A DNA stretch of 64,000 nucleotides from Eledone cirrhosa (GCA_964016885.1 OZ024742.1:171802001-171866000), one strand, 5' to 3'. Shown: positions 13,629-29,707, counted from the first letter of the stretch. Notes: generated by a model from the sequence alone, not told the origin. Made by a program: numbers and translations.

Positions 13629-16445
13629 GCATACACACACATATTTATATGTATACATATATACAGATATACATATATACATGTGTACTCATACCCACAT
13701 GCACACTCTTTTTGGAATTACGTTTGTTGCCCTCTTGTTGAAGTAATGAACATTGCATCAAATGTTTACTTATATTGTAGAGTATTCTGGTTCTGGTGCC
13801 AATTCACCCGTGTCTGTTCTATCTCAACATATACTATGCTACATCAACTTCCTCTTGCTCGACATGATTGTCTATTTAGTCTCATATATTCAAACATTAC
13901 ACGAAAATAGCTGTTGTTCTGTCATCTATTTGTTTATATAGAATGCCATCTTAGATATTACAGAAGGCGTAGGGGTCACGTAGTTCTATACGGCGTGTCA
14001 TGGTCATTGACACCTAATACAGTCCAGCTCACTCTATGTCTGAACGCAACCAATTTATTTAGAAGATCGAGAGAGTGGTGGCGAGTTGAAGAGACACATA
14101 AAGAGAGAGAAGTGATAAATAGATTCAGGAGATAAATCAAACTCCAATTCTCGACTGGTACCTATTTAAATGAAATAGGCACCTACATATGGATGAAACG
14201 CAAATGTGATTCCATTGGCATTTGAACTCAGAGCACAGAACACTGGAAGGAATGCACCGAAACTTATATATGCTGGCGTCCTCTCTGGTTCAATATACTT
14301 AACATTTGTCGTTAGTGTGGACTATTGGGTAGGTTGTTTGACTCAGGATCAAGTCGAATGTTCGATTCCTGGGCCGAACCGTTTGGAGTTTTCTGCAGTA
14401 GAATATTTTATTTCACGTTGCGTCTTCTGCGAATATCAACCACAAGACTAGTACTTTGTTTATTGGCTCAAAATGGATGAGAATGGCGGTATACTTCGAT
14501 TCGATTTTTCGTTGGAGTTACTTCAATATATTTTCTTCCCCTGGTAGGATAGAGATAAACTCAATGTAAAGAATGCAAATTCCTCTATTTCTTCCCCCAT
14601 TACTATCTTCGTGATCAACAGAAATTCACGATTACAGATCGAAACTGCCAATCATGATCATAGCGTCGATTGATGTTCAATAGTAATTTCAGTTATTCTC
14701 TGCGTCTCACACACACTCAAAATGTATCTAAATAATGGTCTCCCCCCTCTCTGTCTCTCTCTCTCTCTCGCTCATATATATATATATATATTCTCTACCT
14801 CTTCCTCACTGTCTCAATGAATTTGTATGTAATTTGATGTTACATTTATGACATATCTTCCTTCTTTTATATCATTATCTCTGCCATAAGCTCGTATTGT
14901 CATTCAAGCCACCCCTCCCATTTTAAAACCTTTCCTGGCGAGGAAGATGAAATATCGGCCGAAATGAAATGATGAGCTAGGCTTGGGTTTCTGATTGAAC
15001 AACAGTACAAAATGGCCGCTGGAAAAAGGCATAAGTAATTGCTCACGTGACCCTGACAACCTCTTACTCTCTAGAAATCTCGACACACAAGTGCATTACA
15101 CAACTGCTTTATTTAGCAAATTGATTCACTACCGTGGTCGTCTTCTTTGCTTTCATTTCCTTCTTAAGACTTTCATTTCCTTTCCTTCCCACATATAATT
15201 TCATTTATTTGTTCAGAAGTGTCCATTTTATAGTATTTATATATTGTTATTTTTGTCGCTGTTGATGTTGTAATTGTTGCTGTTTTTGTTTAATCGCTTT
15301 AAATTAATCCCCGCTGTCCTCAATGTTTTCGACCACAGTCACTAATAAATAAATCATCGTTATTATTTTTTATTACAACAGTAACAATATCAACTACATC
15401 CGCTACAACAACAACAACACCCAGCTTAACAGCTACATCATCAATCTACTCGTTATCTCCAAGAACCACACACCGTGCTTACATTTATATGGTTGATAGT
15501 TCTGCTAGAACATTCAGCCAAATCTCCCTCAAATGACAGTCATCCGGCTTAGCTTATGCTGTACAATGTAGTAATTACACAGTAAAAAAACATGAAATGA
15601 TCATTGCCGGAATGGTCACGGCCAGAATACCGTTGATTCTAGGTTTACTCAATCAGATTTGACCTTGGGCTAAATAACAACAATAACAACGTGAGTAATA
15701 ACATCAAATTCACAAATGAGCGTTGTCATAGAAACAGAGCAGAATGAGCGGCAAAAACGAAAGCATCGATTACAAGAACAGAAGAAGAAGAAGAAGAAGA
15801 AGAAGAAGAAGAAGAAGAAGAAGAAGAAGAAGAAGAAGAAGAAGAAGAAGAAGAAGAAGAAGAAGAATGCTATTATGGGGGAATAACTGCAATAAATTAT
15901 CTGAAAGCTACTGCAGTAACAACAACAGCTGCTGCAACAATGAGAACCACAACGCCAACAACAAGATCAACAACATCAACAACTGCAACAATCGGTATAA
16001 CAGCATTATATTTAACGGAAATATCCAGAACAGAAACTGTGTAGTCAACAGCAACAACACAACAACAACAACTACAACAAGGATAACAACAACATAAAAA
16101 AACACTGTAACAGTATAAGTCCACAAAATCAAGAGCAGCCATATTATTGATAATTATTACATTATCATGTAACAACAACAACAACAACAACAGCACAACC
16201 TCTACAACAACAAAACAACAACGTTATCATCACCCCCCCCTCTCTCCACTAACAACTACAAGAATAATTCTATTAACAGCAGCAGTAACAACATTAACAG
16301 CAGCGGCTATTGTGATTTTCTTGATCCGTTTCCTATCGATGTTGTGTTGTTGTTGTTGTATTTGTGCGTGTGTGTGTGTATGTATGTGAGACAGATACAC
16401 TGTGTGTGTGTTTGTGTGTGTTTGTGTATGTGTATGTGTGTGTCT

Positions 16446-16510
<65 letters not shown>

Positions 16511-16629
16511 AGTAGTCTGTGAATGTGTTCTGTTTTTATATTTTTTTTTCCCTTTACTATTTTCTATCAATTACGTAATCTTCCTGAAAGTATCTCTTTA
16601 GAATGGAACCTCTTTAGAATGAGATTATA

Positions 16630-17680
16630 AGAATAACAACTACTACAGCAACAACAACTACTACTACTACAGCAACGACTACTACTACAGCAGCAACGAC
16701 TACTACTACTACTACAGCAACTACTACTACTACATCAACTACAACTACTACTACTACAGCAACGACTACTACTACTACAGCGACTACTACTACTACTACA
16801 GCAACAACAACTACTACTACTACAGCAACAACAACTACTACTACTACAGCAACGACTACTACTACTACAGCAACGACTACTACTACTACAGCAACGACTA
16901 CTACTACAGCAACGACTACTACTACTACAGCAACGACTACTACTACTACAGCAACGACTACTACTACTACAGCAACGACTACTACTACACCAACGACAAC
17001 TACTACTACAGCAACGACTACTACTACTACAGCAACGACTACTACTACTACAGCAACGACTACTACTACTACAGCAACGACTACTACTACTACAGCAACA
17101 ATTACTACTACTACAGCAACGACTACTACTACTACAGCAACGACTACTACTACTACTACAGCGACTACTACTACTACAGCAACAACAACTACTACTACAA
17201 CAACAACTACTACTACTACAGCAACTACTACTACAGCAACAATTACTACTAATACAACAACGACTACTACTACAGCAACAACAACTACTACTACAGCAAC
17301 AACAACTACTACTACAGCAACAACAACAACTACTACGGCAACGACTACTACTACAGCAACGACTACTACTACTACAGCAACAACGACTACTACTACAGCA
17401 ACAACTACTACTACTACAGCAACGACTACTACTACTACAGCAACGACTACTACTACAGCAACAACAACTACTACTACAGCAACAACTACTACTACAGCAA
17501 CTACTACTACTACAGCAACGACTACTACTACTACAGCAACAACAACTACTACTACAGCAACGACTACTACTACTACAGCAACAATTACTACTACTACAGC
17601 AACAATTACTACTACTACAGCGACTACTACTACTACTACACTAACAACCAAACGAACAATAACAACCACGGCAACAACAC
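16630..17680. repeat. ~18-bp minisatellite (acagcaacgactactact-type)
   Basis: About 1 kb of tandem units; it explains the poly-V/A ORF. Confidence 0.9.
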
Positions 17681-17734
17681 CAACAACTATAAATGTATAA
17701 AGAAAGAAGGGAGTAAGAAGAAAGATCAATTGAT

Positions 17735-18915
17735 AGCGGTGGCTATGGCGGTGGTGGTTGTGGTAGTGTTAATGGTGGTGGTGGTGGTTGTTGTGGTGGT
17801 GTTAATGGTGGTGGTGGTGGTGGTGTTAATGGTGGCTATGGTGGTGGTGGTTGTGGTAGTGTTAATGGTGGTTGTGGTGGTGGTAGTTGTGGTAGCGTTA
17901 ATGGTGGTGGTGGTGGTTGTGGTGGTGGTGGTGGTTGTTGTGGTGGTGTCAATGGTGGTGGTGGTGGTTGTGGTAGGGTTAATGGTGGTGGTGGTGGTTG
18001 TAGTGGTGGTGGTTGTGGTGGTGGTGGTTGTGGTGGTGGTGGTTGTGGTGGTGGTGGTTGTGGTGGTGGTGGTTGTTGTGGTGGTGTTAATGGTGGTGGT
18101 GGTGGTTGTGGTAGTGTTAATGGTGGTGGTGGTGGTTGTGGTGGTGGTGGTTGTTGTGGTAGTGTTAATGGTGGTGGTTGTGGTTGTGGTAGTGTTAATG
18201 GTGGTGGTGGTGGTTGTGGTGGTGGTGGTTGTTGTGGTGGTGTTAATGGTGGTGGTGGTGGTTGTGGTAGTGTTAATGGTGGTGGTGGTGGTTGTGGTGG
18301 TGGTGGTTGTTGTGGTGGTGTTAATGGTGGTGGTGGTGGTTGTGGTAGTGTTAATGGTGGTGGTGGTGGTTGTGGTGGTGGTGGTTGTTGTGGTGGTGTT
18401 AATGGTGGTGGTGGTGGTTGTGGTAGTGTTAGTGGTGGCGGTGGTGGTTGTGGTGGTGGTTGCGGTAGTGTTAATGGTGGTGGTGGTGGTTGTGGTAGTG
18501 TTAATGATGGTGGGGCTTGCGGTAGTGTTAATGGTGGTGGTGGTGGTGGTTGTGGTAGTGTTAATGGTGGTGGTGGTGGTGGTGGTGTTAATGGTGGTGG
18601 TGGTGGTGGTGGTGGTGGTTGTGGTAGTGTTAATGGTGGTTGTGGGGGTTGCGGTAGTGTTAATCGTGGTGGTGGTGGTTGTGGTAGTGTTAATGGTGGT
18701 TGTGGTTGTTCTGGTTGTGGTAGTGTTAATGGTGGTGGAGGTGGTGGTAGTTGTGGTAGTGTTAATCGTGGTGGTGGTGGTGGTGGTAGTGTTAATGGTG
18801 GTTGTCGTGGTGGTGGATGTGGTAGTGTTAATGGTGGTGGTGGTGGTGGATGTGGTAGTGTTAATGGTGGTTGTCGTGGTGGTGGTTGTGGTAGTGTTAA
18901 TGGTGGTGGTGGTGG
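17735..18915. repeat. GGT-derived minisatellite (tggtagtgttaatggtggtggtggtggttg)
   Basis: Tandem 30-45-bp units; gives poly-V and PPPPLTLPQ translations. Confidence 0.9.
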
Positions 18916-19373
18916 AGAGTTGTTGTGTTTGTTGTCGTACGGTGATAGTGGTAGTACCATGGATATTGTATAATGACAGTGGCGATGATGATGACGAAGA
19001 TGATGATGATGGTGATGATGATGATGATGATGGTGACGATGATGATGGTGATGGCGATGATGTTATTGCTGGTGTGAATAGAGATAGTGGAGATGGTGAT
19101 TATGGTCGTGATAGTGGATGGATGTATACGTCAGCAGATCAATCATTGTTCCAGAGATTATATTAGAGTTAAATAAATAAATAAATAAATAAACAAACAA
19201 ACAAACATATGAACATACAGAAAAGGACAGAGGTAAAAACACTAAAAAGAAAATATGGCAAAACAAAAACAAAGACCAGAATAGGGTGAACGAAAGAAAG
19301 AATGTACGAATGGAAGAAAGAACGAATGAAAGGAAGAACGAGAGAAAGAAAGAGAGATGGAAAGAAGAAACGA

Positions 19374-19436
<63 letters not shown>

Positions 19437-20019
19437 TATGATTATGCTTCCTTTCTTTTCATGTAATGGTAAATGGAGATCTTCTCGAAAGTTCCTTTGA
19501 TTCTAAAGTGTCGATAGCGTGACTTAGGTGATAATAGATCACTTTTCTCTCAATAGAACCTTACATTTATCTCTTTTAATTCCTTCTTCAGTCGTTTTAT
19601 CAATTCTCCGACTAATAGCCGGATTAGCGAAACCTTTGCGCCACGAACTGCTCAACCATGACCAAAAACCGGAGAAAAATTCTAAACAACCACAAAACAA
19701 ACAAAATCAGACAAACGTGACCTATACGAATAAAATAAAATATATATAAATAAAACGGAAAAAAAAAAAAAAATCTATAATAAAACAAAGGAAAAATATT
19801 AGAAGTGATGTATATGTTAAGCTAATCTCGCTTCTTAGGAATATCAAAAAATCATGTAAAGAAGAATGTTATTAATATTAGTATCATCACCATCATCATC
19901 ATCATCATCATCATCATCATTATCATCATCATTATCAGAGTATTATCATTATTATCGTTATTATTATTATTATTATTATTATTATTTTTAGTAGTAGTAG
20001 TAGTAGTAGTAGCAGTAGC

Positions 20020-20070
<51 letters not shown>

Positions 20071-20449
20071 TTAGTAGTAGTAATAGCGGTAGTAGTAATA
20101 GCGATAGATGAGTATCTAATGTGTATGTGTAAGAAAGGGCTTTATTAAATAACATCTAAGCCATGCATGTCTCGATGTTCTGAAGATGCCTATAAAATCG
20201 CTTACATAAGTGGTGGATATATCATAAAGATTTCATCTCGTGAGGTATCAAAGCTAATCACATTATAGACACAAAACGTCTCGCTAAGATATTCCATGAT
20301 TCCAGCTTGAAACATTTTTCTTCCGTTGATACTCGAAGCTGTGTGATATATTAAGCACTTATCACATATGATATTAAATCTGTTTCATATTCTGAACAGG
20401 TTCAAAGTATAAGATGAATTATCCTTTATATATATATATATATATATAA

Positions 20450-21052
<603 letters not shown>

Positions 21053-21084
21053 TATATATATATATATATGTGTGTGTATATATA

Positions 21085-21219
<135 letters not shown>

Positions 21220-21436
21220 ATATATATATATATATATATAAACACAGAGAGAGAGAGGGGGAGACAGAGAGAGCCGTACGTATTGATTGTAATGGAGATG
21301 TATATAAACATATTAGGTACAATTTTTCATAGATGGTTCAATCATTAATGGGCAGTCAATACATAAGAGCAGTATATACATACGCACAACTACCCCCCCC
21401 CCCCCCCCAACACACACACGCACGTATATATATATA

Positions 21437-21570
21437 TTTGAAGTCCCACCCACTTCTTCCAACCGAAAATGTGTATGCATATATATATATATATATGCAT
21501 ACACATTTTCGGTTGGAAGAAGTGGCTGGGACTTCAAAGTTTCCTTCATGTTAACTCTTCAGACTGCGAT
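21437..21570. repeat. ~100-bp palindrome centred on (TA)n, adjoining a degenerate HHR-like motif
   Basis: tttgaagtccc...tgcat(AT)n gcatac...gggacttcaaa. Minus strand reads CTGAAGA..GAAA-CTTTGAAGTC, but stems I and II are poor. Confidence 0.65.
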
Positions 21571-21943
21571 ATCTAAGGGATTTTTTTTATCCCTTTAATT
21601 CCTTAATTTCTCTCACTCTCACTGTAAGTTATCCCCTTTCCAGCATTTATCTTTTTCCATAATCTCTCTCTTATTAATATCTCTAATAATGATTTATTTT
21701 ATAAAACAATGGCTGTATATTAATGAGTGAAAGTAAATATTTCATTTCCACCATCCAGACAAAATGTGTTCAATCAAATATGTTTAAACTATGAGAAAGT
21801 AGCTGCCTCCTTGTATTGATTCACTCTCTTGGCTACGAGAAATACCAAGTAAGGATTTGGAAAGATTTCAGCTTCCATAGTGCATGTTAATTACACCAGC
21901 CTGATGTAATGATTCCTCACACTTATATCCGTTTGTCTAGATG

Positions 21944-22074
<131 letters not shown>

Positions 22075-22083
22075 ATATATATT

Positions 22084-22114
<31 letters not shown>

Positions 22115-22196
22115 ATATATATATATATATATATAAATATATATTATTACTATATATAAATATATATATATATGTATAAATATATATATATATATT

Positions 22197-22297
<101 letters not shown>

Positions 22298-22341
22298 AAG
22301 TTAAATAAAAGTCAAATGATTAAAATTTAGCTTCGTTTATT

Positions 22342-22396
22342 ACTGCTATATATATTTCAGTGACATCCATCTTTGGCTGTGACCTCTTCAGGCAGT
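22342..22396 (-). ncRNA. Type I hammerhead ribozyme motif in PLE-type 3' end (22290-22550)
   Basis: ACTGC-CTGAAGA-GGTCACAGCCAAAGATGGATGTCACT-GAAA-TATATATA-GCAGT; same family as 40049-40104. Confidence 0.75.
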
Positions 22397-22549
22397 TTGA
22401 ATTAGTATGGTATAGACGAGTACATATTTTGTTTAGGTGTAGGATATTGTCAATACTCTGATATGCCCAGTTCCTTGGTGGGTTGTTAATTCACTGGGGA
22501 ACTGGAGTCATACGTGAGGTGTTGGTATACAACCAACATAAACTCAAAA

Positions 22550-22583
<34 letters not shown>

Positions 22584-22584
<1 letters not shown>

Positions 22585-24035
22585 TTGTTTCGCGAGGTTT
22601 TTTATATGCAATCGTGTGGCTAAACAAATATTGATATATTTGGGCAGTGGCATATTGTTGTAATAATATTACCAGAAATAATAACCGAACACACTCACTG
22701 TTTGGTTGGTTTTCGCTTCTGCATCTTTTATATCTCCATAGTTAATTCATTTGTTCATCAATGTTTATGACTGACCAACGGTCAAAAATACAGATATAAA
22801 TATATATATATGTAGTCTAACAAAGTTCTTTCGTTGCACATCTGCAACATCATCAGTGGTACTGTTATCATGTTCCCTCCTATTGTGTTGTGTTTACGCC
22901 ATTTTTATTTTATTTATTTATTTATTTGTCTTCTTGTCTCTGTCTCTGCACATTCGTTTGCGTGTGTGTGTTTGCGTTTGAGTAAATGTGTTTTGGTTTT
23001 TTGTACTCTATCTTTGTTTATTAGTGTGTGTTTATATGGGTTTGTTGTTATTGTAAATGTGTATATATTTATTTATTTATATTTCTCTTAAGTCCGTATT
23101 TTTTTCTGTTTTAGCCTTGGCTTTCTAAGCTCTATTTCGATCGCTTCTCTGGGTCATTTCTATGTTTAGATATTATTTTAATTTCTGTTGTTTCTGTTAC
23201 CGTCATGTTTTTGTCTGGCGTGTTCGTATAGTACTGAACCGTGTGTTTTGTCATTTTAATTCTCCCCAGTGTTGGTCTGTTCTTTCTCTAATGCTTCGAG
23301 TTGTCTCACCTATGTATGTCGTTGTCATGTTTCGGCAGGTACCCTCTGTACACCTTATGCTATAGACTACATTTCTTGTTTTACAGTTTATTTGGGGGTT
23401 CACTTTACATATAACACATTCCTTATTAGTACTCTGGGTTTTCTTAAAGGGGTATGTTTTGCTGATCAGGGATTTTATGGTAGTTCCTTTCTTTTCTACC
23501 ACTTTAATCTTTAAGTGGGTCTTTCTTAGAGCCTTTCTACATTGGTTAGCTAATTTCTCCCCAGGGGTAGCATCCACGTACATGTCACTCTGGTATCTCT
23601 GGTTGTCGTAACATGCGATGGCTTTACCTATCTTAATTTTAGTCCTATCTAAGCTATTCCATGATTTGCTCCTGTATCATGGGCAAATTCCTTTCATATC
23701 CAGATCTATGAGGATCATGTACTTCTCCGTGACTCTTTTGTTTGCTCTAATTCTGTCTCTTTGGTGGTAGCTAGAGAACTGCATGCGGCTTAAGCACACC
23801 ACAATAGGAGGGAACATGACAATAGTACCACTGATGATGTTTCAGACCATGTATATATATTTATATCAGTATTTTTGACCGTTGGTCAGTCAGTGATAAA
23901 CATTGATGGCCAAATGGATTAGCTATGGAGATATAAAAGATGCAGACGTGAAAATGAACCAAACAGTGAGTGTGTTCTGTTATTATCTCTGGAAATAATA
24001 TTACAACAATATGACCCTCCCCAAATGTAACAATA
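22584..24035 (-). mobile_element. 5'-truncated, decayed Neptune-like PLE with inverted pLTR at its 5' end (23793-24035)
   Basis: ORF 23251-23583 (VDATPGEKLANQCRKAL...NVVYSIRC...YIGET) matches 61160-61490. 23793-24035 is an inverted, internally deleted copy of 22630-22895. Confidence 0.9.
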
Positions 24036-24078
24036 TATATATATATATATATATATCGACTACCTATATATTAGACTA

Positions 24079-24121
<43 letters not shown>

Positions 24122-24242
24122 CCAGTAAAGAGACGTCGTCGGTTGATAAAATAATCTACTGACTAGTTGTAAATATATGTAAAGCACTCGACAACTTGTG
24201 TTACTTAATGTATTATCAACAAATATCAAACGGAGTGTCGAA

Positions 24243-24425
24243 TTGGTAGTATCGGTAGAAGGTTGGGCGCTATGCTTTCTAGCACAGTTACGTCCCTTTA
24301 CAGTCTGAGTTCAAATCCCGCCGAGGTTAACTTTGCATTTCATCCTTACGGGGTCGATAAAATAAAGTACCAGTAATGTACTAGGTAATTGCTGGCCTTG
24401 TGCCTAAAGTAGAAACAATTATTAT
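24243..24425 (+). mobile_element. SINE
   Basis: Full match to the dominant SINE. Confidence 0.85.
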
Positions 24426-24800
24426 AAATAAGGGAGACGGTTTTAAATGTACATCATCTATTTATTTTACGATCCTGTTATACGTATTTCCAAGACGTCA
24501 ATATATACACTCCCTATGATGACCGGCGGATAAATAGAACCAAATATATATAAGAATGTTCTATACAAATCTCCACTGATGATTTTAAACGAAGGAAACA
24601 GTTATATACCTGTAGAATCCATTTCTATAATGTATTTTGTTGATTCCACTTTACTGATGTATTGCGTATCTTATTTAGTGCGGTTACATCTGATTTCACT
24701 CTGTATCTACACATATAAATTTGCATTATTGAAAAATTATAAATTCCATGTGTGACATCTTCAAGCAACAATACAAACGTGAATAGAGATATTTTCTGAT

Positions 24801-24832
<32 letters not shown>

Positions 24833-25779
24833 TATATTCATGTATATATACATATACATACATAAGTGTGTGTATATGTGTGAGTGAGTGCGGGAGTGTA
24901 CATTTTTGTGTGTTTTATAAATACGTACACACACAAACATTCAAATATGTTATCCTTATATATATTTGACTTTGACAACGGCCGTTTAATTTGCTACATT
25001 ACTTGCATACTTGCTGTCTGCATTTGAAAAGTATATAAAAGAATTAGTTGATAGCTTTGCAAATCAGTAAGTTCTTATCTACGAATCACTGTTATTGCAC
25101 ATCTATTTTAGTCTTCAACATGTGCCATTCGCCCTTAAAGCATAGCGTCTAAACATATGGTAAAGCAGTTGCTGTCACTGATTTTCTATCTAAGTTCTAT
25201 TACGCAGCTAGGCCAAATGTTTCAGAAATTCTCCTCATAAACATTATGTCCCTTGTTTAATCCTTCTCTGAGGTATCTTTGGCAACTGACATTTACCATT
25301 GTCTCGCGTTGACTCAAGCATTAAGAGTGAAATGGAAACGCTTTCGGAGAAGGTCAGATAGATTCTGTTTGTAGTAGAAAAGTGCCAGCTTTGCAACACA
25401 CTGCATGGTATAGTGCATTACCCAGCTGACCTATTGAGTTACGGGGACAGTCCATATGACGCACTACCAAGCAGTTTCCGTCAACCAATTTCCATTTCTG
25501 TTCTGGATAACATCTAGTGTTCTGATAAAGGACATTTGTTCAAGAGCTCATAAAGTGGTATCAAATTCTAGATCTCATGTTCGTGAAGTGAACTTCTTAT
25601 CTATTGACCAAGTCTACACCCATAAAACTATTTAGAAATCAAAGACATTTATAAATTAATTAATGTCATTATTACTGTGCATTCTCTAAACATATTTCCT
25701 CGAATTTCTTTATTACAATAATACAAATGTTAAGTAGAAGTTTGAGGAGGCACGAATTAAGAGCATTGACTTGCTTGGC

Positions 25780-26135
25780 TAAATAAACACTCTCAGATAA
25801 CAATATCATTGCTAGTGTGAGGAGAATATGGTTGAGATTAAAATCGGAAGATTAAAGCTAAGCTAAATAAATAGTTTTCCATAACACTGTGATTGGTAAT
25901 CTCCATTTAATAGTGCAGGGATTAAAATACGAACATTAAGGCTAAGCTGAATAAATGGTTATTTATAAACAACATTGATGTTAACCTGTAGTTAAATGTA
26001 AAGGTAATTAAAGCCTAGTGGTTTTGCTAGGCTGAATAAACAAACTTACAATAATATTTATGCTACCCTGTTGATTATGATGGCGGCTATTGAGAGATGA
26101 AAATCTAAGGTAAACTAAATAAACAGGTTTTCATG
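25780..26135. repeat. Degenerate ~85-bp tandem repeat (..aaggctaagctgaataaa..)
   Basis: 4-5 diverged copies of the motif at regular spacing. Confidence 0.5.
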
Positions 26136-26382
26136 TCAATATGAATGTTTTAAAGTTGTAATTATTGCTGTTGTTTCTTTTGTTTCTAAGACTCTTGTAA
26201 GCCCTAATTGAGTAGACATATGATAAAAGACTTTTGATAAAAGGTAATCAGGTTTGAGTGTTTAGCAGTGTACTTCACAATCAAGAGGACGCAGCTTTAA
26301 GCCCATTGCACGATACCTTGGGCAAGTGATCTCTACCATAGACCAGAGTGAGTGAAATTTGGTACACGAAACCCATCGGCTG

Positions 26383-26421
<39 letters not shown>

Positions 26422-26455
26422 TTAAAAGAATAGAGGTGTAACACACAAGTTATGA

Positions 26456-26792
26456 TATATTGGTAAACGGATAAGAAAATGCTGACAAATTGTTCACAGT
26501 GAAAAATAGTTTAATTTGGAATAAGTGAGAATTGGTAATAGTATTGGTTAGTATTCAGTTTAGGTTTTAAGTTTTACCGGTTGCGCATTTCTAATGCTTT
26601 TCAAAAATAATTTTGAGAGAGAGCGTCCGTGATGTTTGCTCAAAATTATTTTTGAAAAGCATTAGAAATGCGCAACCAGTAAAACTTAAAACCAAAACTG
26701 AATACTAACCATTACTATTACTAATTCTCACTTATTCCTAATTAAACTATTTTTCACTGTGAACAATTTGTCAGCATTTTCTTTTCCGTTTA

Positions 26793-26798
<6 letters not shown>
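26456..26798. mobile_element. Fold-back palindrome (~160-bp arms), PLE pLTR-like
   Basis: Arms 26456-26616 and 26639-26798 are reverse complements with few mismatches; contains a degenerate GAAA-TGCGCA HHR 3' half; bounded by (TA)n. Confidence 0.8.
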
Positions 26799-26835
<37 letters not shown>

Positions 26836-26842
<7 letters not shown>

Positions 26843-27297
26843 AAAGAACACAAGAGCGTCTACAACATCAAAATATTTTTATTGCCTTACAATGTTTCTT
26901 CCTTACGTAACCGTAGGATTCGTCAGAGCTATAAAAGGGGTTTGATTGGTATTATGGACTCTACCAACCAAACATTCAAGGACCCACACCCCACCCTCCC
27001 GCACCAAAATTAGACTTATCGTCCCCTGATTTTGCTCTTTACTCTCTTTACACTTTGTTCTTGAATGTTTGGTGGGTAGAGTCCATAATGCCAATCAAAC
27101 CCCTTTTATAGCTCTAACGAATCCTACGGTTACGTAAGGAAGAAACATTGTAAGCCAATAAAAATCTTTTGATGTTGTAGACGCTCTTGTGTTCTTTATC
27201 ATATATACGGCTCTGCTCCAAAGCATAGAGCTAATTATTATGCTGCCAATACCTTAATGGGACACGGGTATACAATACCTAACTCCTATTAACGTAA

Positions 27298-27300
<3 letters not shown>
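26836..27300. mobile_element. Fold-back palindrome (~145-bp arms) with an HHR in each arm, plus extension
   Basis: Arms 26836-26982 and 27057-27206. The minus arm reads GCT-CTGACGA-aTCCTACGgttaCGTaAGGAa-GAAA-CATTGTA; the plus arm has the core mutation CTAACGA. Confidence 0.85.
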
Positions 27301-27374
<74 letters not shown>

Positions 27375-27791
27375 TATAAATCTAATACCGACCATTCTCT
27401 CTTATGTCATGCTCATAATAATTGAGAATTAAGTTAAATGTATAAGTTATATGTAATACGCAACTACTTTAATCTGGAGTCGAGTCGACTTTACTCTTGA
27501 ATGCTCGTTGTCGAAAGAGAAGAAGGATGCATCAATTCTGTTGCTGTTGTGCCCCTCATTGATAAGAAATATTTTGAGGGCTTCCAGCATCAACAATTGT
27601 GTCATTTCCAGGATAACATGTACAACATTACTGAATGTGTATATTCATATTTTACGGCAATGTGGGGTTTATAGTCGGGAAAATTGAGGGGGATATGGCT
27701 GCTATTTCTAGAAGATACGCCACCCTAGAATAACTGGTGATATTAAGGCATTCAGATTCAGCTGGATGAGTGTAAATTGACTATGAATATA

Positions 27792-27836
<45 letters not shown>

Positions 27837-27869
27837 ATTAACTATGTATGTATGCACCCCTCCCCCCAC

Positions 27870-27908
<39 letters not shown>

Positions 27909-28275
27909 CACACATATATCCAGCCTTAGCTGGCCGAAAATGTCATACTCGACACAGACATCCAAGCTAAATGAACTGAATAGGTTGTTCTGCTCCTCAT
28001 TCATAGACATCGACGGGAGAGTCCATCATCATCATCATCATCATCACCATCATCATACACATATATATACGCACATGTAAATGCGGAAGGGTATACATAT
28101 ATGTATGTGCGTGTTTATTTGTGTGTGCATAGGTGTATATAATTGTGTGCGTGTACTTAGGTATTTCATGCTGTTGAACCATTTAAATATGCCAGCTGTG
28201 GTTGCTTTAGATTTTTTTTATCTTAACTTCTTTTGACAGTTTGATTAGAAAGGTTCAACCCCTCCCTTACTTTTC

Positions 28276-28309
<34 letters not shown>

Positions 28310-29066
28310 CGCTCTCTCCAACTGCTCTCATCCTTCCTTCCTCTCACATACACTTTCTCCCCCCACCCCACAAACACCCTCCGTCTCCATCTGACTTCTT
28401 TCTGTCTATCCACCCCATCTCTCTCACTCTCTCTGTCTCTTTCTCTCACTCACCCCCATCTCTCTTTCTCTCTATCTCTCTTATCGTCCTTTATTGCCGT
28501 TACTGTAACAATTCTATATCTAAGAGACAAAGAATTTAGGGATAACAGGAGTTCGTAACAGCCGCTCTTTTGGAATAATGCATAAGAAAAAATAAAACCC
28601 TGAAGAATTCGAGAATTATAAAGATAAACAATGTCGATGATAGGAAGAAAAAAATAACAATATAACTAAACAAATGAAAAAGAAAAAAAATGAATAAAAC
28701 AAGGGCATAGAATTGCGAAAGAAAACTGACGGAAGCGATAATTGAACATAGCAGAGATTAATTTAATCAATGAAACAAAAGAAATAGGGTTAATTGTTGA
28801 AATTTTTCTGACATATAACATCAAGAAGGAGGAGAAGAGGTAAATCAAGGACAGTAAAAAATAACTACGATATAATTGCGGTGATGAAGAGAAAGGAGAG
28901 ATGAGGATGAAGCTAGAAATGACACGTACACAACACAGACTGCCTCCTCTCAACCCTCTTTTTTCACTACTCTCTTCTCTTCCGTTTTGTTTTTTCCATG
29001 ATCAGCTGTCAACCGCAATTTTTCGACTTTTCTTTTACTTCCTTTCCTTTGATCTAAATCCCATTT

Positions 29067-29104
29067 CTTTTCTGACGAAGATCTCAAGTCTGAAACGTCG
29101 AAGG
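29067..29104 (+). ncRNA. Minimal type I hammerhead ribozyme motif
   Basis: CTTTT-CTGACGA-AGAtctcaagTCT-GAAA-CGTC-GAAGG; followed by a ~110-nt tail ending in TATATA. Confidence 0.75.
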
Positions 29105-29220
29105 CAGTCATTAAAATCCCATTTTCTAAGCGCTAACCTAATAGAATGCATTACATTTTGTTCGCCATTTCATTCTAATGAATTTATTGCTAAAATAACT
29201 AAACTTCTAAACTAATATAT

Positions 29221-29405
29221 ATAATTGTTTCTACTTTTGGCACAAAGCCAGCAATATATCAGTACATTACTGGTACTTTATTTTATCGACCCCGTAAGGA
29301 TGAAAGGCAAAGTGAACCTCGGCGGGATTTGAACTCAGACCATAAAGGGCCGTAACTCTTTGCTGCAAAGCATGGCGTCCGACCCTCTGTTGATACTGCC
29401 AATCC
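29221..29405 (-). mobile_element. SINE
   Basis: Full match to the dominant SINE. Confidence 0.85.
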
Positions 29406-29676
29406 AAACTAATATATATAATGTTATTGACGAAGCACTCCGAGGACATGTTGGCTAGTTAGCGATTGAGATCGTGCAATTTGGTGAGATCATGACACAT
29501 TGTTGCGCAGTAATTTACGTGTGTCAAATATATATGTGTATACTTCTGAGTGTGTGTGTGTAAGAGAGAGAGAGAGATAGAGAGTGAGAGAGAGTGAATG
29601 AGAGAGAGTGAGTGAAAGAGGGTGAGTGAGAGATAGATATATATATAGAGAGATTATGAGATAGATAGATAGATAA

Positions 29677-29707
<31 letters not shown>

